NCBI GenBank assembly: GCA_964593805.1
Contig: CAZQHP010000001.1
Span: 256,091-320,090 of the forward strand
DNA: 64,000 nt
Direction of reading: 5' to 3'
From: an uncultured Candidatus Saccharibacteria bacterium
Lineage (GTDB): Bacteria > Patescibacteriota > Saccharimonadia > Saccharimonadales > JBBQAJ01
The position numbers and the translations under genes were made by a program. The notes below the pieces were generated by a model. It was not told where the DNA came from, did not search any database, and worked only from the letters and a program-made list of their open reading frames with translations. Below are positions 19,989-27,408 of this stretch, piece after piece (within the stretch, counting starts at the first letter, position 1; each line of letters opens with the position of its first letter).

Positions 19989-20357
19989 TTAGCTTGCTAA
20001 CTCGGTTTTGACCATTTCGGCTACTTGGCGGGGAGTCATTTCGGCTTTTAGGATAAAGCGCTTCACGCCCAGTTCTTTGAGGATTGGCGGCGCTTCTTGT
20101 TCGCCCATATTTGTCAGTATTATCACGCGGATGTCTTTGCCCCAATCTGTTTTACGCATTTGCTGGAGCATTTCGTCACCGGTCATTTCCGGCATCATGA
20201 GGTCTAGCAAAATTATGTCCGGTTTCATTTTTTCCGCTAATTCCAGGCCCAGTTTGCCGTTTTCGGCGGTTTCAACTTCAAAGCCTTCGGCTTCAAACTT
20301 GATACGGTACATCTGCGAAATTGCTTGGTCGTCTTCTACGATTGCTACTTTGGGCAT
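19989..20357 (-). CDS. stand-alone response-regulator receiver (CheY-like), paralog 1
   Basis: VEDD, phospho-acceptor ILLDLMMP, ILTN and LKA. No output domain. Confidence 0.85.
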   Translation of the reverse strand: MPKVAIVEDDQAISQMYRIKFEAEGFEVETAENGKLGLELAEKMKPDIILLDLMMPEMTGDEMLQQMRKTDWGKDIRVIILTNMGEQEAPPILKELGVKRFILKAEMTPRQVAEMVKTELAS

Positions 20358-20369
20358 AGGGGTATCTTA

Positions 20370-20750
20370 TTACTTTTGCGGCTGGGAAGCCAGCTCTTGC
20401 CCGACTATTTCCACCAGCTGGTCGTTCATCAAATTGGCTTTTACTATATATCTTTCAAACCCCAGTTGTTTCAACCCTTCTGGCGCCTCGGATTCACTGA
20501 TATTGGTCAAGAATATGGCTTTTATGCGCTTGCCCCAGTCTGTTTTGCGCATTTGCCTCAAGATATCGTCTCCAGACATTTGCGGTAGCATCAGGTCTAG
20601 AAGGACAAGTTCTGGCAGCTCTTTTTCTATGAGCGCCAGTCCGCTCACGCCGTCGTTGGCCACCAGGCAATCGTAGCCAGCCAGTTTCAACCTGGTCTGA
20701 TATACCTCAGCCAGCATGGCATCGTCTTCAACCAGAACAATTTTTGTCAT
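20370..20750 (-). CDS. stand-alone response-regulator receiver, paralog 2
   Basis: VEDD, LLDLMLP, FLTN and VKA. Shares the RKTDWGK loop with its neighbours. Confidence 0.85.
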   Translation of the reverse strand: MTKIVLVEDDAMLAEVYQTRLKLAGYDCLVANDGVSGLALIEKELPELVLLDLMLPQMSGDDILRQMRKTDWGKRIKAIFLTNISESEAPEGLKQLGFERYIVKANLMNDQLVEIVGQELASQPQK

Positions 20751-20774
20751 AATTCTATCTTACGGGAAGTGTGG

Positions 20775-21191
20775 CTAGGAAGCCAACTTTTTTGGCTGGG
20801 CAGGGTGTTTTTCATCTAATACCTCGCGCACTACTTCTACCACTTGGCTGGGGGTGTAATGCGCTTTCACGATGTAGCGGTCCACATTTAGCAGACGTAG
20901 TTTAGTTGGCGCTTCATCTTTACTTATGTTGGTGAGGATTACCACCCTAGGTTTGCTGCCCCAATCAGTTGCGCGCATCTTTTCCAGCATCTCATCGCCA
21001 GTCATCACAGGCATCTTCAAATCCAGCAAGATTAAGTCGGGTACATAAGATTTAATGGCTTCGTAACCCTCGCGACCGTTGTGAGCTACCTCTACGTCAA
21101 AGCCTGCAAACTCTAGCTTGATGCGGTACATCTCGCAAATTGGCAAATCGTCTTCAACTACAACTATTCTGTGCTTGCTCACTACTTGCAC
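20775..21191 (-). CDS. stand-alone response-regulator receiver, paralog 3
   Basis: VEDD, LLDLKMP, ILTN and VKA. GTG start. Confidence 0.85.
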   Translation of the reverse strand: MQVVSKHRIVVVEDDLPICEMYRIKLEFAGFDVEVAHNGREGYEAIKSYVPDLILLDLKMPVMTGDEMLEKMRATDWGSKPRVVILTNISKDEAPTKLRLLNVDRYIVKAHYTPSQVVEVVREVLDEKHPAQPKKLAS

Positions 21192-21217
21192 AATGTACCG
21201 CTAATCAATGTCAAAGT

Positions 21218-21595
21218 CTACGAGGCTTTCTTTGCAAGAGTAACTTTTACCAAGTCAATCACTTGGTGCGGTGTATAGTGGGCCTTAATAATGTAACCGT
21301 CAATTTTAAGATGGCTCAAATCGGTCTTTACTTCGTCGCGGCTGACGTTAGTCATGATAAGCACCTTGATATCTTTGCCCCAATCAGTCTCTCGGAGTTC
21401 GCGGAGCATTTCGTCGCCGGTCATTTCCGGCATCATCAAGTCCAGCAAGATAATATCTGGTTTATATGTCCTACATAGCTCAATGCCGAGTTTGCCATCT
21501 TTGGCAACGCGAACCTCAAACCCAGCTGTCTCAAATTTCATCTGATACATCTCAGATAACGATGCATCATCTTCTATGATTGCGATCTTCTTCAT
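21218..21595 (-). CDS. stand-alone response-regulator receiver, paralog 4
   Basis: IEDD, LLDLMMP, IMTN and IKA. AAGGAA Shine-Dalgarno upstream. Confidence 0.85.
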   Translation of the reverse strand: MKKIAIIEDDASLSEMYQMKFETAGFEVRVAKDGKLGIELCRTYKPDIILLDLMMPEMTGDEMLRELRETDWGKDIKVLIMTNVSRDEVKTDLSHLKIDGYIIKAHYTPHQVIDLVKVTLAKKAS

Positions 21596-21606
21596 AATTT
21601 TTCCTT

Positions 21607-21646
21607 AAAAAAACAGCCAAGCCCCTTGGGGGGGGGGCTATGGCTG
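21607..21646 (-). terminator. intrinsic terminator/attenuator hairpin in the 5' UTR of the receiver operon
   Basis: Minus strand: CAGCCA(T)AGCCCC-loop-GGGGCTTGGCTG, about 12 bp, followed by U7 (A7 at 21607-21613 on the + strand). Contains a 10-nt G/C homopolymer at 21628-21637. Confidence 0.6.
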
Positions 21647-21672
21647 CTTTAATCTAAAAATGAACTACTTTT

Positions 21673-21701
21673 ATTATCATCCAACAGCACCAGACTGTCA
21701 A
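21673..21701 (-). promoter_or_regulatory. sigma70-like promoter TTGACA-17-GATAAT (minus strand)
   Basis: -35 is the reverse complement of 21696-21701, 17-nt spacer, -10 is the reverse complement of 21673-21678. Confidence 0.5.
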
Positions 21702-21867
21702 CCACGCCTGAGCAACGTAGCAAATTGAAATTCGTAATGATTATTCAAAAATTGACAGAACAACAACCAAGTGATAGCATGAAACCGTACATTAGTAGCA
21801 TAAACACGATGTCCAAACGTCAAAAAAGGCGGCAAGGCATCGTGTTTTTATTTACCACTGATGTGTA

Positions 21868-21896
21868 TTGACAAAAAGTAAAAAATAGCGTATTAT
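21868..21896 (+). promoter_or_regulatory. sigma70-like promoter TTGACA-17-TATTAT for pdaD
   Basis: -35 at 21868-21873, 17-nt spacer, -10 at 21891-21896, 18 nt upstream of ATG 21915. Confidence 0.6.
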
Positions 21897-21914
21897 AAAA
21901 ACATAAGGATTTTA

Positions 21915-22430
21915 ATGAACATACACCTTACATCAGGTATTGGCTCCGGACCAACTAAGTTGTCGGCATTTGACTCAGCACTCAATCACGCTGGGATTGC
22001 AAACTATAATATCATCCGTTTAAGTTCGGTTATTCCTCCGGATACAACCATTGTTGAGCATGCGGAAGGTCCAATTCGTCAAAAACTAATGCCCGGTACG
22101 TGGGGTGATAGGCTTTATGTCGTCATGGCTGAACAACGCGAAGAACGTCCAAACGCGGAAGCCTGGGCCGGGATTGGCTGGGTTATAGATAAGAAGACGA
22201 AAAAGGGACTTTTTGTAGAACACGAAGGCGGTAGCGAGCAGACGGTACGCAAAGATATAGAGCAGAGTCTGGAGGCACTGATGGCTACAAGAAACGTAGA
22301 TTTCGGTCCCATACACATGAAGGTCGCAGGCAGTGTCTGCAAACATCTGCCAGTTTGTGCCATGGTCGTTGCCGTATATCAGGCTAGCGACTGGCAAAAT
22401 GTCGCTCATATAAATGGAGAAAAATCATGA
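21915..22430 (+). CDS. pdaD: pyruvoyl-dependent arginine decarboxylase
   Basis: GIGSGPTKLSAFDSALNHAGIANYNIIRLSSVIPP matches the PvlArgDC proenzyme signature, including the Ser-Ser self-processing site. Confidence 0.85.
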   Translation: MNIHLTSGIGSGPTKLSAFDSALNHAGIANYNIIRLSSVIPPDTTIVEHAEGPIRQKLMPGTWGDRLYVVMAEQREERPNAEAWAGIGWVIDKKTKKGLFVEHEGGSEQTVRKDIEQSLEALMATRNVDFGPIHMKVAGSVCKHLPVCAMVVAVYQASDWQNVAHINGEKS

Positions 22431-23101
22431 CCGAAGCACATGTTGAAATAGCGAACAGTAACCCTGTGTTGCCGCCCGAAGTTCTGCCGCTAGAAGTATC
22501 ATATACCGAATCATCTCGATTTACGCGAATAATTGAAGGCATTAAGTCAACCACCTCCAGTATCAAGCGTGCTGGGGAAATAGCGATCATCGGTGCCGAG
22601 GTATTGCCGGTAAATGAAGTCATGCGCTACGGCGCTGCGGGTGCGGCTCAGGCTGCGACCGGAAACTCACTTTTTGCGGCGGCAGTATTCGGAGCTAGTA
22701 CGCTAGCTATTGAAGGGCTGGCCGCAGAAGCAACGGCTGATCTAATGGATACTAATCACGGTAAAAAAGTATTCGAATGGTTAAACGACAAGACAAACAA
22801 AGTGGTAAAAGGGCGCAGAATGTCCATGCCGGTAGAAGCGGGTGTAGCATATTTCGGTGGCTCGGCAGTTGTTATGGCCGCTAAGCAAATAGAAGATCCG
22901 ACACGAACCAAGGAGCAAACACGAAGACACGGTAGATTCACTGCAGCTTGGTTATCTGGTGTGCTAGCAGTTCAATGGGGTCTTACCGCAAACGGAATTG
23001 ACAACCCCACTCCAGTGAATATTGCCGCAGCTTCAGCCGTGACTGCAGGTGCAGCCATAGGCGTGAAAGTCGCCCAGAAACGGAAAGCAGGAAAGGCCTA
23101 A
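22427..23101 (+). CDS. Ala/Gly-rich hypothetical protein, possibly membrane-associated
   Basis: Start overlaps the pdaD stop (ATGA). Several weakly hydrophobic Ala-rich segments, no motif recognised. Confidence 0.6.
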   Translation: MTEAHVEIANSNPVLPPEVLPLEVSYTESSRFTRIIEGIKSTTSSIKRAGEIAIIGAEVLPVNEVMRYGAAGAAQAATGNSLFAAAVFGASTLAIEGLAAEATADLMDTNHGKKVFEWLNDKTNKVVKGRRMSMPVEAGVAYFGGSAVVMAAKQIEDPTRTKEQTRRHGRFTAAWLSGVLAVQWGLTANGIDNPTPVNIAAASAVTAGAAIGVKVAQKRKAGKA

Positions 23102-23102
23102 A

Positions 23103-23714
23103 ATGACCAATACTTTACCTACTAACCCATTCGAAACCATCCCACATGAATTGACGTTACCGCGACCCGAGGGTAAGGTGATTATAGATGCTCTTACGTC
23201 GGCTGAGGTTGAGGAATGGTGGCCTATTTACAATGAGCCTTTCGTTGAGTTAAACCGTACGAACCCTTGCCGCCAGAACTTTAACCGAGAAGAGTTCGAA
23301 GAAGCGATGCATAGTCCGACAATGACCAAGCTTGCTTATATTGAAAACGGCGAAATCATGGCCATGTGCCTGCTCAGTAATGACTTTGATCATTTTCCAT
23401 GGATGAGTAAAGACTTTTATCGTGACCAATATCCTGAAAAATTCGACCAGGGCGATGTCTACTACTTCGTGTCTCTTTTGGCACGTAATGATAAGCGAGG
23501 CATGCTTTACGGTAGCAGAGTGGTCAAATTTATTACCGAACTCTTTGCGTTGGATGAAAAAGAAGCAATCATTACCTTTGATTGTTGCGATGATAATTCA
23601 CCTGGTTTAGCAAATATGATCGAATTCGTAGTCGAAAAAACGGAAATGGGGACGCTTAAGCTTGGTGAAATCGGCACCCAACACTACTTTGCCGGGCAGC
23701 TCAAGCTCAATTAG
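23103..23714 (+). CDS. hypothetical acidic protein (203 aa)
   Basis: Starts 1 nt after the previous stop. An acyltransferase-like fold is possible but not supportable from motifs. Confidence 0.6.
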   Translation: MTNTLPTNPFETIPHELTLPRPEGKVIIDALTSAEVEEWWPIYNEPFVELNRTNPCRQNFNREEFEEAMHSPTMTKLAYIENGEIMAMCLLSNDFDHFPWMSKDFYRDQYPEKFDQGDVYYFVSLLARNDKRGMLYGSRVVKFITELFALDEKEAIITFDCCDDNSPGLANMIEFVVEKTEMGTLKLGEIGTQHYFAGQLKLN

Positions 23715-23732
23715 CCATTGTATCTGATACAT

Positions 23733-23777
23733 AAGCGGTTTATTATCTTACGTAGGAGTAACGAATAAACCGCTTTT
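23733..23777 (+). terminator. 12-bp perfect hairpin plus short T-run between the pdaD unit and the kinase gene
   Basis: AAGCGGTTTATT-19 nt loop-AATAAACCGCTT followed by TT, running into GTG 23778. Confidence 0.4.
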
Positions 23778-25985
23778 GTGATAGTTCAGCATTTTTTCTA
23801 TTTACCCGTTCTCATAAGCCTATTAGGCATCACGCTTTTTATTATAAGCCGGGGTTTACGCAACCGAATAAACCGGTTCTTTGGTCTCTTTACGTCTAGT
23901 TTGTTTTTATGGCTGACAGGGCTGTATTTTGCTGATACATCGTCCGTAACTTCACGTGCCTTAACTGCCACGCGAGTAGCGGTAATGTTCGCATGTCTTA
24001 TTCCGCTGTTTTTCTTATGGTTTAGCATGATTTTCCCTGCAGACAATAAAAAAAGACTCAAAAAGTCACTACTTTTGGCAGTTCCTTCAGTTGCGCTTAT
24101 GAGCTTGTCGTTTTCAAACTTAATGGTACAGGAAGTTACTCTCAAGGAATACGTTGCTGAGCCTACAGTCGTCGGTCCTGTCTACACACTGTTCCTTATC
24201 TATTTTGTGCTTTATTTCTTGTCAGCATTTGTAATACTCATAAGAAAATATAGAAAAACACAAAAACTACAGCGCTCCCAGATTGCCTTTGTGTTGGCTG
24301 GAACAGTGTTCGGAGTGAGTGTCAACCTAGTTTTCAATTTTATTTTTGTGATCTTGGGATTAGCTGGGATTGGTTTGCTGCTTGGCGGCCCCTCAATTCT
24401 AGTTTTTGCACTGCTTGTGACATACGCAATTGTTAAGCACAGGCTGTTTGACATTAGACTCGTTCTTGCCCGATCGGTAGGATATATACTTTCCGTTGTT
24501 AGTCTAGGAGCGCTTTATAGCTTACTTTCTTTCCTGCTGATTAACAGATTTTTGGCTGAGGGAAGTGGAATCACACGAAGCCAGGCGATAAGTTTTACAG
24601 TTATAGCGGTTTTGCTTGCTTTTGCTTTTCAGCCACTCAAACGGTTTTTCGATAAAATTACCAGCCAGATTTTTTATCGGGATGCTTACGAGCCGCAGAA
24701 GTTCTTAGATGATTTGAACAACGTGCTGGTTGCAAACATTGAACTAGACAAGCTGCTTACCGAGACCATAAGCGTGGTGGAAAGTAATATAAAAGCTGAT
24801 TTTACGGTGTTTTCTATCCGGGAGACGTCTTACTTTGAACGGCGCGTTATTGGCGACACGGAAAAGCATTTTGATGACAGCGACATACAGGACATCAATG
24901 CCAGCGTGACGTCCATACATGAAAAAGTTATTGTCACCGACTACCTGGAAGAAGGCTATCAGGGTCTAAAAAGGACGCTGGAAAAAAACGATATAGCAAT
25001 TTTGATCCGGCTGGTGGCGACGCTAGACTACGAAGTTGAAGGTGTGGGTTACGTGATGTTCGGTGCCAAAAAGAGCGGCAACCCGTATAATAAGCAAGAC
25101 ATCCAAACGCTAGAAATTATTGCCAACGAACTGGTTATAGCCATCCAGAACGCGCTGCGGTTTGAAGAGATTGAGAAATTTAACGCTACCTTGCAGGACA
25201 AGATTGACGACGCAACCAAACGGCTGCAGAAAACCAACGAAAAACTGAAGGCTCTGGATGAAACCAAAGACGAATTCATCAGCATGGCTTCGCACCAGCT
25301 GCGGACGCCGCTGACGAGCGTGAAGGGTTATTTGAGCATGGTGCTGGAGGGCGACGCGGGCGACGTCAGCCAGATGCAGCGCAAACTGCTGGACCAGGCT
25401 TTTGTGAGCAGTCAGCGTATGGTGTACCTGATAGCCGACTTGCTTAATGTGTCTCGTCTGCGTACCGGCAAATTTGTCATAGAATCAGTTGCCACCAATC
25501 TGGCGGATGTGATTGAAGGCGAATCCAGCCAGCTGCACGACACGGCAGCTTCAAGAGGCCTGACGCTTACCTACAAAAAACCAGAAAAATTCCCCTCGCT
25601 TATGCTAGACGAAACCAAAATCCGCCAAGTTATCATGAATTTCATGGACAACGCCATCTACTACACCCCGTCCGGCGGCCACATCACGGTGGAGCTGAAA
25701 GACACCGATAAAACGGTTGAATACACCGTGCACGACGACGGCATAGGCGTGCCAAAGCACGAACAACACCATTTGTTTACCAAATTCTACCGCGCCGGCA
25801 ATGCCAAAAAAGCCCGTCCGGACGGCACCGGCCTGGGCCTGTTTATGGCCAAAAAAGTCATAGTAGCCCAGGGGGGCAGTTTGATATTTACAAGCGCCGA
25901 AGGCAAAGGCAGTACCTTTGGCTTCACGTTTGAAAAAGCAAAATTATTAGCCAAAACTCCAACAGATACGCCACCCCAAACGTAA
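23778..25985 (+). CDS. sensor histidine kinase with multi-TM N-terminal domain
   Basis: At least 6 N-terminal TM helices, a central sensor-like region and a coiled coil. H-box MASHQLRTPLTSVKGY, N-box NFMDNAIYYTP, G1 DDGIGV, G2 GTGLGL. Confidence 0.85.
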   Translation: MIVQHFFYLPVLISLLGITLFIISRGLRNRINRFFGLFTSSLFLWLTGLYFADTSSVTSRALTATRVAVMFACLIPLFFLWFSMIFPADNKKRLKKSLLLAVPSVALMSLSFSNLMVQEVTLKEYVAEPTVVGPVYTLFLIYFVLYFLSAFVILIRKYRKTQKLQRSQIAFVLAGTVFGVSVNLVFNFIFVILGLAGIGLLLGGPSILVFALLVTYAIVKHRLFDIRLVLARSVGYILSVVSLGALYSLLSFLLINRFLAEGSGITRSQAISFTVIAVLLAFAFQPLKRFFDKITSQIFYRDAYEPQKFLDDLNNVLVANIELDKLLTETISVVESNIKADFTVFSIRETSYFERRVIGDTEKHFDDSDIQDINASVTSIHEKVIVTDYLEEGYQGLKRTLEKNDIAILIRLVATLDYEVEGVGYVMFGAKKSGNPYNKQDIQTLEIIANELVIAIQNALRFEEIEKFNATLQDKIDDATKRLQKTNEKLKALDETKDEFISMASHQLRTPLTSVKGYLSMVLEGDAGDVSQMQRKLLDQAFVSSQRMVYLIADLLNVSRLRTGKFVIESVATNLADVIEGESSQLHDTAASRGLTLTYKKPEKFPSLMLDETKIRQVIMNFMDNAIYYTPSGGHITVELKDTDKTVEYTVHDDGIGVPKHEQHHLFTKFYRAGNAKKARPDGTGLGLFMAKKVIVAQGGSLIFTSAEGKGSTFGFTFEKAKLLAKTPTDTPPQT

Positions 25986-26022
25986 GCGGTTTGCACGATA
26001 TTCATAAACATTGCAAAATGTA

Positions 26023-26051
26023 TTGACAATTGCTTGTGCTTGTTGTACAAT
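26023..26051 (+). promoter_or_regulatory. sigma70-like promoter TTGACA-17-TACAAT
   Basis: -35 at 26023-26028, -10 at 26046-26051. AGGAGG Shine-Dalgarno before ATG 26135. Confidence 0.6.
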
Positions 26052-26134
26052 GTTGAGCATACGTGAAAACTTCTGTTTAGCAGAGGTGGGCACGGCGAGA
26101 CGGAGTAATTAATTCCTAGGAGGAATGAAATACT

Positions 26135-27388
26135 ATGCACGGAGAACTATTACAAGGTGAAGCAGGCATTTCAAAAACAAGAGCTGCCGTTGGCGTGGGA
26201 GCAGCTGCTGCTACCCTTGGAATAGCCGTAGCCGCATTTAATATCTTAGGTGCAGATGGTTCCCCAGAGCCTACCGGAGCAGATAAAGAACAGAAAGAAC
26301 AAACTCAAGAATGGTTTGATATCCGTGGACTAGCGCGACCTGACTGTTTGGAAATTGTAGACCAAGCTGGCACGGCCTTGACTAAAGAAATTGTGGTTGA
26401 TGGCAAAAAAGTTACATTTATCGTACCTCAAATTGGTGCTGATATGGATGTAGTTCCACAAGGTGCCACGCCAGATGCAAATCAAAGATATAACACCAAC
26501 TCATTCTCTAGCCCTTTTATAAATACTGAACCTGAAAAAATGGAAACAGAAGCAAAAGCAACTATATGTGAATCCGCTGATTTTGCTGTTGCATTTGCAA
26601 ATATGGTTGGCAATATGACAAATGGAACCGGTCAACGAATTGCAGAGGTAGAAGGTGGCGAATGGCTTAAAAAATGGGCCGACATGACCCCTGAACAATT
26701 AAATGACAAAGCAAATCGATTACTAGGCTTAGATCTGAAAACCAGTGATGTACTGGAACATGCCTCAAGATACCAAGAACATCAAGATTTAGCCGAGAAC
26801 TTAGCCGCAATTTTAGACAACACTACAAATTTGGGTATTGGCGTAGGTGCAACCGAGATTGACTATTCATATGGCACAAAATCTGCTGAAGCTACGGTAT
26901 TTGGTGTGCCAGAAATCGTGAAGTCTGAAGACCAATTTCCAAATGCACGCGCTTTGACATTTGCAGCCACGGAAAAGGGCCAAAAATGTGTGCAATATAT
27001 ATTCGGATTTAACGCCGGAATTGGAAATAATGTTGCAGGAAGCGACAAACGCCCTGAAACTTTCAAACCAGTAGAAGAATGCGACACAACGCCTACTACT
27101 GGCGGCGAAACTACAACAACTCGTCGTGGTCGGGGATCAACAACTACAACCCGACCCAACGGTTCTACTACTACTTCATGGAGAACATCTAACACCGTAA
27201 CTGGAAATACTGTAATTGAACAGCCTGGAGCTGGTGGCGACCCAGATCCAGACAATGATCCTGACAACAATACCACAACTTCAATTGCTCCAAGTTCAAG
27301 CACGACTAACACAACCATACGTCTCGGCGATCCATCTACTACAACAACAGCACCACAAACCGAGTGCACAACGCCAGCCTGCCAATAA
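26135..27388 (+). CDS. membrane-anchored/secreted protein with Thr-rich low-complexity C-terminus
   Basis: N-terminal anchor AAVGVGAAAATLGIAVAAFNILG. C-terminal TTTTRRGRGSTTTTRPNGSTTT...DPDPDNDPDNNTTTS...STTTTAPQTECTTPACQ. Confidence 0.65.
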   Translation: MHGELLQGEAGISKTRAAVGVGAAAATLGIAVAAFNILGADGSPEPTGADKEQKEQTQEWFDIRGLARPDCLEIVDQAGTALTKEIVVDGKKVTFIVPQIGADMDVVPQGATPDANQRYNTNSFSSPFINTEPEKMETEAKATICESADFAVAFANMVGNMTNGTGQRIAEVEGGEWLKKWADMTPEQLNDKANRLLGLDLKTSDVLEHASRYQEHQDLAENLAAILDNTTNLGIGVGATEIDYSYGTKSAEATVFGVPEIVKSEDQFPNARALTFAATEKGQKCVQYIFGFNAGIGNNVAGSDKRPETFKPVEECDTTPTTGGETTTTRRGRGSTTTTRPNGSTTTSWRTSNTVTGNTVIEQPGAGGDPDPDNDPDNNTTTSIAPSSSTTNTTIRLGDPSTTTTAPQTECTTPACQ

Positions 27389-27408
27389 GGAATTAAGGAG
27401 TATATAAT

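Noticed and set aside
20008-20676. 222-aa plus-strand ORF (with 20325-20588 and 21140-21478) across the response-regulator genes
   Set aside because: It is antisense to two well-supported receiver genes. It has Ser/Ile-rich low-information composition and no motifs, which is typical of shadow ORFs.
26863-27369. 168-aa minus-strand ORF rich in Val runs
   Set aside because: It is the complement of the Thr-rich (ACN) tract of the plus-strand surface protein, so it is an artefact of low-complexity sequence.
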